DNA from: a bacterium | GTDB taxonomy: Bacteria > CLD3 > SB21 | NCBI GenBank assembly: GCA_013360215.1 | Contig: JABWCP010000025.1 | Span: 1 to 46,797, forward strand | Reading direction: 5' to 3' | Length of the DNA stretch: 46,797 nucleotides | Shown: positions 1 to 10,225 of the stretch, piece by piece | Layout: each line of letters begins with the position of its first letter | Position numbering within the stretch: the stretch's first letter is position 1 | Position numbers and translations under genes: made by a program | The notes under the pieces: generated by a model | Told to the model about the DNA's origin: nothing | What the model saw: only the letters and a program-made list of their open reading frames with translations | Databases searched by the model: none

Positions 1-123
1 TCGCTACGCTCGCAAGACTTCCTGCAATGTTCTATCACCAATCTCAATCCTTCTTTCCCTTCTATCCAAAGGGGGGTACGATGTTGCTTCCGTTTCCCAC
101 AATCAATGAAAAGGCATTTTGCC

Positions 124-152
124 TTGCTTGTTTCCTCACGGTTTATTATAAT
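124..152 (+). promoter_or_regulatory. Predicted sigma70 promoter of uppS-bamA operon
   Basis: TTGCTT-N17-TATAAT upstream of uppS. Confidence 0.55.
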
Positions 153-178
153 TTAAATCGTTATAAAATAATCTTTTA

Positions 179-1048
179 TTGATCTACGGAGCGTTTCAAG
201 GCGTGGCCTTATTGAAGTCATCTTCAGCGAATTCCGAATTTGATATACTCAAAATCGTCGCAAAGAAAAAACTCTCAGAATCAGATCATGCATTGGTACG
301 TGCCGAATTGCAAAAACGGTCTATGCCTCGTCATATAGCCATCATTATGGATGGTAACGGTCGCTGGGCTAAACAACGTGGATTACCGCGAATTGCCGGG
401 CACAACGAAGGCGTTAATTCGGTCAAAGATATCACGGAGGGTTGTGGTGAACTGGGCATCGAAGCGCTGACACTGTATGCTTTCAGTCAAGAAAATTGGA
501 AACGCCCAAGCTGGGAGGTTTCGGCCTTGATGAAGCTGCTTATGCGTACGATCCTCAATCAGATTGATAGCCTTAATCGTCAAAATGTACGAGTTAAAAC
601 GATCGGCCATATAGATATGTTGCCTGCCGGTACGCTAAATCAGGTAGAAAAAGCGATTGAAATAACTAAAAATAATACAGGCTTGGTGCTCAATCTCGCT
701 TTGAGTTATAGCGGTCGTATTGAAATTCTCGACGCCGTAAAACGGCTTTATCAAGAGGCTGCGCGAAAAAAAACATTGATGGATTCGCTGGACGAATCGG
801 TATTTGCTAAGTATCTGGATACCTTTGATCTGCCGGACCCGGATCTTGTAATACGAACGAGCGGAGAATTTCGTGTAAGTAACTTTTTACTTTGGCAGAT
901 TGCGTATGCCGAATTGTATATAACGGATATCTATTGGCCGGATTTTCGCAAACCTCAGCTGTACAAGGCCATATTGGATTATCAAAAACGCGAACGGCGT
1001 TTCGGAAAAGTAAGCGAGCAGATCGCGGAAGAAAAAAAAGAAAAATAA
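179..1048 (+). CDS. uppS: Undecaprenyl diphosphate synthase (isoprenyl transferase)
   Basis: HIAIIMDGNGRWA, FSQENWKRP, DLVIRTSGEFRVSNFLLWQ motifs; true start may be slightly downstream. Confidence 0.96.
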   Translation: MIYGAFQGVALLKSSSANSEFDILKIVAKKKLSESDHALVRAELQKRSMPRHIAIIMDGNGRWAKQRGLPRIAGHNEGVNSVKDITEGCGELGIEALTLYAFSQENWKRPSWEVSALMKLLMRTILNQIDSLNRQNVRVKTIGHIDMLPAGTLNQVEKAIEITKNNTGLVLNLALSYSGRIEILDAVKRLYQEAARKKTLMDSLDESVFAKYLDTFDLPDPDLVIRTSGEFRVSNFLLWQIAYAELYITDIYWPDFRKPQLYKAILDYQKRERRFGKVSEQIAEEKKEK

Positions 1049-1080
1049 TAACATTTTATCGTATACCCACGTAACTCAGT

Positions 1081-3495
1081 ATGTATCAATATCCGGAGAC
1101 AACGAATCACGTAATGAAACTTGCAAAAATCATCGTCATCACCGCCTTTTTGCTCTGCTTAGGAAGTAACCGTGCATCTGCTTTGTTTGCGCAGTCCGGA
1201 GCCAAACCTAAAATCGCATCCATTAAAATCGAAGGCAATATCAAATCCGATCCGGAATTAATTGTCATTGCCACAGGCCTGTCGGTAGATCAAGAGTTTA
1301 ACCTGGATGATATTCAGAAAGCCATGGAAAATCTATGGCAAATGAATGTCTTCAAAGACATTCAGGTTTTTGGTGAACAAACAGAAAACGGCATTGCCGT
1401 CGTATTTGAAGTTAAAGAGTATCCGCGTCTGGAAAATCTTGAAATAAACGGAACGGATGAAATTGAAGAAAAAGATGTCCGATCCAAATTTGGTTTGTTC
1501 AATGGTCAGACGGTAAGCCCGCAACATATCAAAAAAGCTACCGAACGCGTGCGCCAGCTTTATGCTAGCGAAGGGTATCGCAATGTTGAAATTGATGTAA
1601 AGTCTTATAATTCGGAAACGGATACCGGCAAGGTTTTACTCAAAATCGAAATTGAAGAAAATGATAAGGTGAAGATTCGCGGCATAACATTTCACGGGAA
1701 TAAGGCCTTTAGCAATGGTAAATTGGAGGGGGCCTTTGATGATACTAAGGCCAAACGCGGGTTCTGGAAATGGTTTAAGAGCGGTGATTTTGATGAAAAG
1801 AAATATAACGAAGACCTTAAGAAGTTGTTGATGTTTTACAAGAAGAGAGGTTTTCGTGATATCCAAATTATGAAGGATTCAGTGTATTACGCACAGAACA
1901 ACAAGGATCTGCATATCGATATTTGGGTTGAAGAAGGGGTTAAGTATCACATCGGTAATATTTCGTTTACCGGCAATACACTTTTTTCTGGAGACGAACT
2001 TACGGCGGCATTGGGCTTTGAACGCGGTGATGTGTATGATCAAGAAAAATATGACCGCAACATGCAGGAGCGAGTAAATGCCTTGTATTATGATAGGGGT
2101 TATATTTACGCCCAACTTGTTCCGATTGAGCGACCATCTAATAAGGATACGCTCAATCTTGAATTTGTAGTCACTGAAGGCAATCAAGTTGATATCGAGC
2201 GTGTGGAGATACGTGATAATACTAAAACAAAAGAAAAAGTTATTCGCCGTGAAACGGTGGCCTATCCGGGTGAAAAATTTAGTCGTGATGCGTTGATTCG
2301 CACACAGCGTAACTTGATGGTGCTGAATTATTTTGAAACGGTTATACCTGACGTACAACCCGTGAGCCAGGACAAAGTAAACGTCATCATTACCGTAAAA
2401 GAGAAGCCGACAGATACAGCCAATCTTTCAATAGGCTATAGTGCTCAGGACGGGTTGATCGGTTCTGCCGGTGTGGCGTTTAATAATTTTTTAGGCAACG
2501 GCCAGGTCGTAAACCTCAACTTACAGTTAGGCGGTGCCGGATATAAAGTGTTTTCTATAGGGTTTCAGGAGCCCTATTTATTTGATACGCGCACTTCGTT
2601 CGGTGCCAGTATGTATTATTCGATTGATGGTAATCGCCGCGCACAGTATGTCGGCTATAAGAGCCAAAGTTATGGCGGCTCCGTTAACTTCGGTCGTCGC
2701 CTCAAGTGGCCCGACGATTTTTTTACGGCGAGCTGGTCTGTTGCTTATGGTAATTCAAAACTTAAGCCTTTGAGCACGAGTCAAGTGTCAGACTATATTG
2801 CGTACGGCCATACTCAATCTGTGACGTTATCGCAGGTAATAAATCGTGACAGCCGCGATGCCGCGGAGTTTCCAAAAACCGGTTCGGTTTTCACATTGAC
2901 ATCCGATATCGGTTTCTTTTCTATTGATACGGTCGGCTATTTGAATTCGCTGCGTGTATTACCGAAAAATTTCTTCAAAAACACGTTCCGCGCTCAAAAT
3001 TATATGCCGTTATTTTGGAATTTTGTCTTTTATACGGACTTTACGATGGGTTATGTGCGCACATTTAGATCTACCTCATCGGTGGAGGACATTCCGCAAT
3101 TTGATCGCTTCTACATGGGCGGCGGTGCGCTGGATATAGGTTCTATCCAAATGCGCGGATACGGCGGAAGAAAAGTCGGCGGTCAAGCGGTGACTGAAAG
3201 CGGCATTTCGTATCCGATCGGAGGAACGTCAATGGTTAAGTACTCTGCAGAAATCCGGTTGCCCGTGATTCCGAACCCAACAATGTTTATTTTGGGCTTC
3301 GCTGAAGCGGGTAATGTGTTTCAATCATTAAAAACTACTGATCCCTTCCAAGTCAAACGTTCTATTGGTTATGGTTTCCGCTTATTTATGCCGCTTGTAG
3401 GGGTGATCGGTTTGGATGTAGCCTATGGCCTTGATCGAAAGGATAAGAGCCGTAACTTCCCCAAACTTCACTTTCAGCTTGGGCAGCAGTTTTAG
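1081..3495 (+). CDS. bamA: Outer membrane protein assembly factor BamA
   Basis: Signal peptide, POTRA-like repeats, MRGY lid motif, C-terminal Phe; uppS-bamA-skp synteny; start may be ATG 1114. Confidence 0.95.
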   Translation: MYQYPETTNHVMKLAKIIVITAFLLCLGSNRASALFAQSGAKPKIASIKIEGNIKSDPELIVIATGLSVDQEFNLDDIQKAMENLWQMNVFKDIQVFGEQTENGIAVVFEVKEYPRLENLEINGTDEIEEKDVRSKFGLFNGQTVSPQHIKKATERVRQLYASEGYRNVEIDVKSYNSETDTGKVLLKIEIEENDKVKIRGITFHGNKAFSNGKLEGAFDDTKAKRGFWKWFKSGDFDEKKYNEDLKKLLMFYKKRGFRDIQIMKDSVYYAQNNKDLHIDIWVEEGVKYHIGNISFTGNTLFSGDELTAALGFERGDVYDQEKYDRNMQERVNALYYDRGYIYAQLVPIERPSNKDTLNLEFVVTEGNQVDIERVEIRDNTKTKEKVIRRETVAYPGEKFSRDALIRTQRNLMVLNYFETVIPDVQPVSQDKVNVIITVKEKPTDTANLSIGYSAQDGLIGSAGVAFNNFLGNGQVVNLNLQLGGAGYKVFSIGFQEPYLFDTRTSFGASMYYSIDGNRRAQYVGYKSQSYGGSVNFGRRLKWPDDFFTASWSVAYGNSKLKPLSTSQVSDYIAYGHTQSVTLSQVINRDSRDAAEFPKTGSVFTLTSDIGFFSIDTVGYLNSLRVLPKNFFKNTFRAQNYMPLFWNFVFYTDFTMGYVRTFRSTSSVEDIPQFDRFYMGGGALDIGSIQMRGYGGRKVGGQAVTESGISYPIGGTSMVKYSAEIRLPVIPNPTMFILGFAEAGNVFQSLKTTDPFQVKRSIGYGFRLFMPLVGVIGLDVAYGLDRKDKSRNFPKLHFQLGQQF

Positions 3496-3510
3496 TTAAA
3501 AGGGTCTTTT

Positions 3511-4203
3511 ATGAAATACTTAGTTTGGATGAGTTTACTTTTCTCCTTTAGTCCTGTATATATAGGCGATGTGTACGCACAGGGTAAAATGGGTTATGTA
3601 GACTTTCAATATCTTATAACACAAATCCAGTCGGTGCAAGACGTGCAGACGGAGCTGGAAAAATTATCACGTGATTGGACAGATCGGCTTTCGGCGATGG
3701 AAGACAGTGTGGCATTAATCGAAAAAGATTATGAAGCATTGAGTATCACCTTGACCAAAAGCGGCAAAAATGTGTTAGAGAAGAATATTGCCGATGCTAA
3801 ACAAAAGATTTTAGTTTACCGTGAGCAGAAATTTTCTCCTGTAACGGGTGAATTATACAAAAAACAACAGGAATTACTGCAGCCCATATTAGACAAAGTG
3901 AAACGCGCCATAGACAACGTACGATTGAAAGAAAAATATGATGTTGTTTTTGACATCTCAACAGGTAACCCGGTTTCTATTGATAAACGTTTCGATTTGA
4001 CATTGCTTGTTCTGGAAGAATTGCCGGCTGTCGGTTTAACGACTGTTCAAATCGAAGGACGGGGAACGGATTCAAACTTGAAAGCGCCAGGTACAAATCC
4101 AGCCAACCGCACGCCTTCGGGGCGAAGCTCTAAAGGTACAACCAATGAAACAAGTAAGCCTGTAAAAGAGAACGATTCAGACCCTGCAATCAAAGATAAC
4201 TAA
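3511..4203 (+). CDS. skp: OmpH/Skp family periplasmic chaperone
   Basis: AQGKMGYVD N-terminus, coiled coil, KKQQELLQPILDKV, YDVVFD; follows bamA. Confidence 0.88.
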   Translation: MKYLVWMSLLFSFSPVYIGDVYAQGKMGYVDFQYLITQIQSVQDVQTELEKLSRDWTDRLSAMEDSVALIEKDYEALSITLTKSGKNVLEKNIADAKQKILVYREQKFSPVTGELYKKQQELLQPILDKVKRAIDNVRLKEKYDVVFDISTGNPVSIDKRFDLTLLVLEELPAVGLTTVQIEGRGTDSNLKAPGTNPANRTPSGRSSKGTTNETSKPVKENDSDPAIKDN

Positions 4204-4233
4204 TCTACATTTCCATATTAAAGGAGAATATCC

Positions 4234-4785
4234 GTGAAAAAAACAATGATAGCGATTCTCATGTTGACTCTGGGAATAAATGCGGTGTTAAAGGCACAAG
4301 GTAAAATTGGCTATGCCGATTCTCAGAAAATTTTGCAATCCTTGAAAGAAACCGAGACTGTTCAAACTAAATTACAAGCCGAACAAGAACGCATTTATAA
4401 ACAATTTCAATACATGCAGGATTCCTTGCAAACGATGCAGGAAGACTATGTGAAAAATTATCGAGACAACCCGCTGATCAAAGATAACATCAAACAAACG
4501 TTCCAAAAAGGTATGGAAGAACTCGCCTACCTGATCCAGAATTCGCAGCAAAAATATCAGGAAGAAATGTATAAGAAACAGCAAGAACTGATGGCTCCGA
4601 TTTTGGATAAAGTGAAAAAAGCGATTGAAACAGTTCGCAAAGCTAAAGGTTATGATATGATTTTGGACAGCTCGCCAGGTATGATTTTGGCGTATGATCC
4701 TCAATTGGACATGACCCAAAAAACGATTGATGAATTAATTCGTATGGCCACGGCAGCCCCTACCACGGGAACAGGCGGAAAATAA
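4234..4785 (+). CDS. skp: OmpH/Skp family periplasmic chaperone (second paralog)
   Basis: AQGKIGYAD, KKQQELMAPILDKV, GYDMILD; AGGAG RBS before GTG. Confidence 0.9.
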   Translation: MKKTMIAILMLTLGINAVLKAQGKIGYADSQKILQSLKETETVQTKLQAEQERIYKQFQYMQDSLQTMQEDYVKNYRDNPLIKDNIKQTFQKGMEELAYLIQNSQQKYQEEMYKKQQELMAPILDKVKKAIETVRKAKGYDMILDSSPGMILAYDPQLDMTQKTIDELIRMATAAPTTGTGGK

Positions 4786-4802
4786 AAATTTGATTTAAAG
4801 AC

Positions 4803-4839
4803 AAAAAAATGGAAACTTCAATTGAGGTTTCCATTTTTT
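4803..4839. terminator. Intrinsic terminator after skp2
   Basis: A-tract/ATGGAAACTTC...GAGGTTTCCAT/T-tract hairpin. Confidence 0.8.
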
Positions 4840-4854
4840 ATTTATTGAGGGTGG

Positions 4855-5868
4855 ATGGCGTCGCGAAGTAATAAATTTTCCGACATTGCCAAATTATTAG
4901 AGCGGTCGTTTGTCGGGTCGGATTCTGAAATAACCGGATTCAACGTACCCATGTACGCTTTGGAATCGGAAGTGATTTTTTTGTTTCAAAAAAAATATGT
5001 CCCCCAAGCGATTTCCGGCAATTCAAAATTTTGGATTGTTTCGGAAAAAGTTTTTACAAAAGATTTAGCTGATCAATGTTTGAAAAAAAACACGACTTAT
5101 ATTTTATCCAAAGATCCTTATGAAGATATCATAAAGGTACTGACATGGTGGATTGCTCAAAGGGCTCATCGTAGAGGTAACGCGCGTAAAAGAAAAAGTA
5201 ATCTATCTACCGGTGTAAAAACTCATAGATCGTCCGTCATAGGTTATGATACGATTATAGGCAGGGGGACATTGGTATCTGCTCATGCTGTCATCGGAAA
5301 TCATGTGCGTATTGGAAAAGAATGTGTCATTTATCCCAATGTCACCATTTATGATAATACGATCATAGGCGACCGAGTGATCGCTCATGCCGGAAGTGTA
5401 ATCGGCAGCGATGGGTTTGGTTTTCATAAAACGAAAGAAGGATATTTGAAAATTCCGCATGTTGGACGCGTTGTGATCGGCGATGATGTTGAGATCGGGG
5501 CTAACTGTTGTATAGATCGCGGAACCGTCGGCGAAACAAAAATCGGGCATGGATGCAAATTGGATAATCTTATCCAGATCGGACATAATGTGGTTATCGG
5601 TCCGCATACTGTAATTGCCGCGCAAGCCGGCGTCGCAGGTAGTACGCGTATCGGCGACCATGTAACTATCGCCGGGCAGGCTGGACTTGTCGGCCACATT
5701 AATATCGGCGATCGCGCAGTAATTGCTGCACAGGCCGGTGTAATTGGTTCCGTGGATGAAAATACAACCGTGTCCGGATATCCCGCACGCGAACATCATG
5801 TGGCGTTGCGGCGCGAAGCTACTCTCAAAAAAATAATAGAACAATACGATCAAAAAGATAAAGTGTAA
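4855..5868 (+). CDS. lpxD: UDP-3-O-acylglucosamine N-acyltransferase
   Basis: Hexapeptide repeats, [32 protein letters not shown]. Confidence 0.93.
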   Translation: MASRSNKFSDIAKLLERSFVGSDSEITGFNVPMYALESEVIFLFQKKYVPQAISGNSKFWIVSEKVFTKDLADQCLKKNTTYILSKDPYEDIIKVLTWWIAQRAHRRGNARKRKSNLSTGVKTHRSSVIGYDTIIGRGTLVSAHAVIGNHVRIGKECVIYPNVTIYDNTIIGDRVIAHAGSVIGSDGFGFHKTKEGYLKIPHVGRVVIGDDVEIGANCCIDRGTVGETKIGHGCKLDNLIQIGHNVVIGPHTVIAAQAGVAGSTRIGDHVTIAGQAGLVGHINIGDRAVIAAQAGVIGSVDENTTVSGYPAREHHVALRREATLKKIIEQYDQKDKV

Positions 5869-5873
5869 AGCCT

Positions 5874-6917
5874 ATGCAAGAAGTTACCGATGACGGATTA
5901 GCGAGACCACGCAAAGTACCGGAAGACCTGGATTTGGATATTTCTCTCCGTCCGTCCCGTTTTGATGAATTTGTGGGACAGCAACGGATTATCAACAATC
6001 TTAAAGTGTTTATCGAGGCGGCGAGATTACGCGGCGAAGCTTTGGATCATGTTTTATTATCCGGGCCGCCAGGCCTTGGAAAAACGACGTTATCTCATAT
6101 CGTAGCGCACGAATTAGGTGTGCATATCAAAATAACCTCCGGCCCGGTCTTAGACAAAGCCGGTGATCTTGCGGGCATTCTGACCAATCTGGAAGAACGT
6201 GATGTGCTTTTTATTGATGAAATTCATCGTCTCAATCCGATCGTTGAAGAATATTTATATTCGGCCATGGAAGATTTTCAACTCGATATTGTCATTGATA
6301 AAGGCCCGAGTGCGCGTACCATTCAGTTGACGTTGCCGCATTTTACATTGATCGGAGCGACGACGCGGGCAGGACTTATCACCGCACCATTACGTTCACG
6401 TTTCGGTATTACTTCGCGGTTGGATTATTACAACGATAAAGATTTGGCGCACATCGTCACCCGTTCCGCTGAAATTTTACAAGTGGACATAGATGCCAGC
6501 GGTGCTAATGAAATAGCAAGCCGTTCGCGCGGTACGCCGCGAATTGCCAATCGGCTTTTAAAACGTGCGCGGGATTTTGCGCAGGTGCGCGGTAAAAAAA
6601 TCATTGATAAAGAAATCGCCGATTATGCCTTAAAAGCACTCGAAGTGGACGAGCATGGTTTGGACGAAATGGATAAACGCATTTTATCTAATATTATTGA
6701 ACGCTTTAATGGTGGACCGGTGGGTATTGATAATATCGCCATAGCCGTCGGCGAAGAAAGCGGAACCATCGAAGAAGTTTACGAACCGTTTCTGATTCAA
6801 AAAGGTTTCCTAAAGCGTACACCACGTGGTAGAGAAGTTACCAAATTGGCCTACGATCATCTGCGTATTCGACCTAGAAAAACTTCTCAGCAGGCCGGTT
6901 TAGATCTGGAAGAATGA
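5874..6917 (+). CDS. ruvB: Holliday junction branch migration helicase RuvB
   Basis: [39 protein letters not shown]. Confidence 0.98.
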   Translation: MQEVTDDGLARPRKVPEDLDLDISLRPSRFDEFVGQQRIINNLKVFIEAARLRGEALDHVLLSGPPGLGKTTLSHIVAHELGVHIKITSGPVLDKAGDLAGILTNLEERDVLFIDEIHRLNPIVEEYLYSAMEDFQLDIVIDKGPSARTIQLTLPHFTLIGATTRAGLITAPLRSRFGITSRLDYYNDKDLAHIVTRSAEILQVDIDASGANEIASRSRGTPRIANRLLKRARDFAQVRGKKIIDKEIADYALKALEVDEHGLDEMDKRILSNIIERFNGGPVGIDNIAIAVGEESGTIEEVYEPFLIQKGFLKRTPRGREVTKLAYDHLRIRPRKTSQQAGLDLEE

Positions 6918-6928
6918 TCGCCGAAAAT

Positions 6929-7561
6929 CTAATTGACTGTCAAGAGATCCTTGAGTGCGCGGGTTGTTTCACGGGGGTTTACGGATAGACCGATCGCGGA
7001 TATTACAGCAATCCCATCAACTCCGCATGCGAGAACTTCTTTAACATTATTTTGGTTTATACCGCCGATCGCTACTACAGGTAACTTTACCAAATCCCGA
7101 ATTTGTTTTAACCCCGTTGTACCGATAATGCCGGCTATATCTTTTTTGGATGCCGTCGGGAAAACAGTGCCGACGCCGATATAATCCGCGCCCGCGGATT
7201 CGGCCGTTTGCGCTTCCAGTTGCGTGTGGGTTGAAATTCCAATAATTGCCGAATCGCCTAATATCTTACGCGCTGCTTCGATGGTAATATCCTCTTGCCC
7301 GAGATGTATGCCTTCCGCACCGATAGCCGCGGCAACTTCTATACGATCATTGATGATCAGCGGAATATTTTTGCTATATGTTACGTGGTGAATTGTTCGC
7401 CCTAACGCAATCATCGCATTGACAGAAAGATTTTTTGCTCGCAGTTGTACGAACGTGACACCGCCTTGAATAGCTTCTTCGACTACAGAACATATTTTGC
7501 CTGCGGGTATCATGCCGACATCAGCAATAAAATATAAGCTTACGTTTAATCGTTTATTCAT
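6929..7561 (-). CDS. thiE: Thiamine phosphate synthase
   Basis: VQLRAK, LIINDR, GIHLGQED, GISTH, FPTASK, VAIGGI. Confidence 0.94.
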   Translation of the reverse strand: MNKRLNVSLYFIADVGMIPAGKICSVVEEAIQGGVTFVQLRAKNLSVNAMIALGRTIHHVTYSKNIPLIINDRIEVAAAIGAEGIHLGQEDITIEAARKILGDSAIIGISTHTQLEAQTAESAGADYIGVGTVFPTASKKDIAGIIGTTGLKQIRDLVKLPVVAIGGINQNNVKEVLACGVDGIAVISAIGLSVNPRETTRALKDLLTVN

Positions 7562-7574
7562 AACACATCACAAT

Positions 7575-7610
7575 AAAAAACTCCCGACAGGTAATGCCGG
7601 GAGTTTTTTT
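7575..7610. terminator. Intrinsic terminator downstream of the E2 gene
   Basis: AAAAAACTCCCG...CGGGAGTTTTTTT hairpin with tracts on both sides. Confidence 0.8.
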
Positions 7611-7625
7611 GAAACATAACAAATA

Positions 7626-9335
7626 TTAAATAGTCTGGTTTTCGTCGAAATTTTCGAGATGGTATGCGACGCGTTGCAGATACTGTCCGCCGAGAGCGCC
7701 GTCCACGACACGGTGGTCGTAAGAGAGCGATGCATACATGATTGGGCGTATTACGATCATATCTTCGCCATCATCGGTAGTGATCACTACAGGACGTTTT
7801 TTGATCGTGCCAACGCCCATAATTGCAACCTGAGGTTGATTGATGATAGGGAAGCCTACCGTCGTACCGAAAACACCCATATTGGTCAACGTAATCGTTC
7901 CATCCTGAATATCTTCGGGGCGAAGCTTTTTAGAGCGTGCGCGTAGAGCGAGATCATTCGTTGCGCGGCAAATGCCTACTAAGTTCATCGCATCGGCATC
8001 TTTGATCACCGGTACGATCAGCGCCGTATTATTTTCGATAGATACCGCCATACCCACATTGGTGTAGTTTTTCTTCACGATGGTATTACCGTCAACGGAG
8101 ATATTGATCATCGGAAAATCTTTGATCGCGCGCACCATCGCATCAATGAGGAACGGGGTAAAAGTAAGTTTGAATCCTTCGCGCTTTTCAAAAGCCGATT
8201 TGTATTTATCGCGAAAACGTACGACGCGGCTCATATCAATTTCCGTCATCGAATACACGTGTGCGGAAGTGTCAATACTCCGGCGCATGTGCTCAGCAGT
8301 AATGCGGCGTATATTATTCATTTCGATGAGTTCCGAGCGTTCTTTATTGTATCCGTATTTAACATCGGAAACCTGTTTAGCCGGTGCGGCCGCTGTAGAT
8401 GCGGATGTTGTCGCCGTGGCAGCAGGACGAACACCGCCTTTGGGACGTTTAGCTAAATAGGCGAGTACGTCATTTTTACTTACACGATGATTAAGCCCGG
8501 TTCCGGCGATCGAATCCAGCTCCTGCATCGAAAGCCCTTCAGCTTTTGCGATGGAACGTACGAGCGGTGAATAAAAGCGATTGCTCTCGCCTTTAACCAT
8601 GCCGCCGCCGGCATTTACAGTAGCTGCGGGAGTCGCTGACGCCGTGATTTGGTTCTGTTTCTGGAAATCTTCAATAGAACTAGAAAAATGCATTTTTTCT
8701 TCGGTTTTGGGCGTCGGTGCGGCCGTTGTTGAAGCGGCGACCGTAGCGCCTTCGGCACCAATACGTGCGATCAAAGTTCCAACAGCCACGGTTGTACCTT
8801 CAGGAACGATAATTTCCGTAATAACGCCGGATGCCGGAGAAGGAATTTCAGAATCTACTTTATCAGTGCTGATTTCGAGGACAGTTTCATCTTTGGCCAC
8901 CTTGTCGCCGGCTTTTTTATGCCATTTCAAAATTTTACCTTCGGCAATACTTTCACCCATTTGAGGCATGACCATATCTACCGAGGCCCCACCGGAAGCA
9001 GGCTTTGAAGCAGGCGTGCTTTGTGCGACAGGAGCTGTTTTGGACTCAACCTTAGGAGAAGGTGTAGATGCCGACGATGCGACCGAGGCGTTAGCATCAG
9101 TTTCGATACGTGCGATCAATGCGCCAACAGCGACGGTAGTACCTTCAGGAACGATGAGCTCAGCAATAATGCCCGATGCGGGCGAAGGGATTTCCGAGTC
9201 CACTTTGTCGGTGCTGATTTCAAGGACTGTTTCGTCTTTGCTTATCTTATCGCCGACTTTTTTGTGCCATTTCAGAATTTTGCCTTCGGCAATACTCTCG
9301 CCCATCTGGGGCATGACCATATCCACTTTTGCCAT
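7626..9335 (-). CDS. sucB: 2-oxoacid dehydrogenase E2 (dihydrolipoamide acyltransferase, SucB-like) with two lipoyl domains
   Basis: Two ISTDKVDSEIPSP lipoyl motifs, E3-binding SPLVRSIA...GTG, catalytic DHRVVDG; substrate specificity not certain. Confidence 0.85.
   Translation of the reverse strand: MAKVDMVMPQMGESIAEGKILKWHKKVGDKISKDETVLEISTDKVDSEIPSPASGIIAELIVPEGTTVAVGALIARIETDANASVASSASTPSPKVESKTAPVAQSTPASKPASGGASVDMVMPQMGESIAEGKILKWHKKAGDKVAKDETVLEISTDKVDSEIPSPASGVITEIIVPEGTTVAVGTLIARIGAEGATVAASTTAAPTPKTEEKMHFSSSIEDFQKQNQITASATPAATVNAGGGMVKGESNRFYSPLVRSIAKAEGLSMQELDSIAGTGLNHRVSKNDVLAYLAKRPKGGVRPAATATTSASTAAAPAKQVSDVKYGYNKERSELIEMNNIRRITAEHMRRSIDTSAHVYSMTEIDMSRVVRFRDKYKSAFEKREGFKLTFTPFLIDAMVRAIKDFPMINISVDGNTIVKKNYTNVGMAVSIENNTALIVPVIKDADAMNLVGICRATNDLALRARSKKLRPEDIQDGTITLTNMGVFGTTVGFPIINQPQVAIMGVGTIKKRPVVITTDDGEDMIVIRPIMYASLSYDHRVVDGALGGQYLQRVAYHLENFDENQTI
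8760..9326 (-). repeat. Intragenic duplication: two 222-bp lipoyl-domain copies (9105-9326, 8760-8981)
   Basis: Near-identical VDMVMPQMGESIAEG...LIARI peptides with synonymous differences. Confidence 0.9.
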
Positions 9336-9441
9336 GAGTAACGCTCCTTAATTGATCATGTATGTAATATTGTATATTCTTCGAATTAAGCGGGGCAAAG
9401 TATCAAAAAAGAGTTTCACTTTCAATACCAATTTACCCTTG

Positions 9442-10212
9442 TCAGCGATGCTTCCATTCCGGTTTTCGCTTTTGCATAAAAGCGGTAATACCTTCTTCGA
9501 TATCGTGCGTTTTGACCAGCTCTTGGAGGTATATGTTTTCAGCCGTATCAAGTGCGGTAGTGAAGGGTTTATCCGCGCCGGCCAGCAGTGCTCGTTTGGT
9601 TTGTTTTAGTACGGTACCGCTGAGGGCATTCAGATTTTGTAAAAGCGTATCGGTTGCGGATGGAAGTTCATCGGGCGGCACCACCTTGTTGATCAAACCG
9701 AGCGATAACGCCTCGTGCGCCGTGATATTTTCACCCAGCATGCAAATTTCCATCGCGCGACGAAACCCTATTTTTTGTGGTAGCCATGCCGCAGCAACCG
9801 GAGGGTAGCATCCTACTTTGATTTCAGGTTGGCCAAAAATAGTCGAATCGGATGCAATTACGAAATCACAGAAAGTAGCCAATTCCATACCGCCTCCGAG
9901 GCAATAGCCGTGGACAGAAGCAACGGTGATTTTATCGGAATTAGCCAAAGTGCGAAAAATATGATGAAACGATTTCAACATACTGTTGATCTTGTCCAAC
10001 GTGTGATCCTTGATGTCAACGCCGGTTGAAAACGCTTTATCACCTGCACCGCGAAACACAATCGTTGTTACATCCGGGTTGCTTGTGATTTTATCTAATG
10101 CGACGTTTAGTTCATCAATCATGGACAGATTGATGACATTGACCGGTGGGCGATTGAGCGTCACGTGCGCTTCGCGCGCATGATGGTCGACACGTATCGT
10201 TGTATAATCCAT
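9442..10212 (-). CDS. Enoyl-CoA hydratase/isomerase (crotonase) family protein
   Basis: AFSTGVD, GYCLGGGMELA, GQPEIKVG motifs. Confidence 0.9.
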   Translation of the reverse strand: MDYTTIRVDHHAREAHVTLNRPPVNVINLSMIDELNVALDKITSNPDVTTIVFRGAGDKAFSTGVDIKDHTLDKINSMLKSFHHIFRTLANSDKITVASVHGYCLGGGMELATFCDFVIASDSTIFGQPEIKVGCYPPVAAAWLPQKIGFRRAMEICMLGENITAHEALSLGLINKVVPPDELPSATDTLLQNLNALSGTVLKQTKRALLAGADKPFTTALDTAENIYLQELVKTHDIEEGITAFMQKRKPEWKHR

Positions 10213-10225
10213 AGATGCTCCGTGA

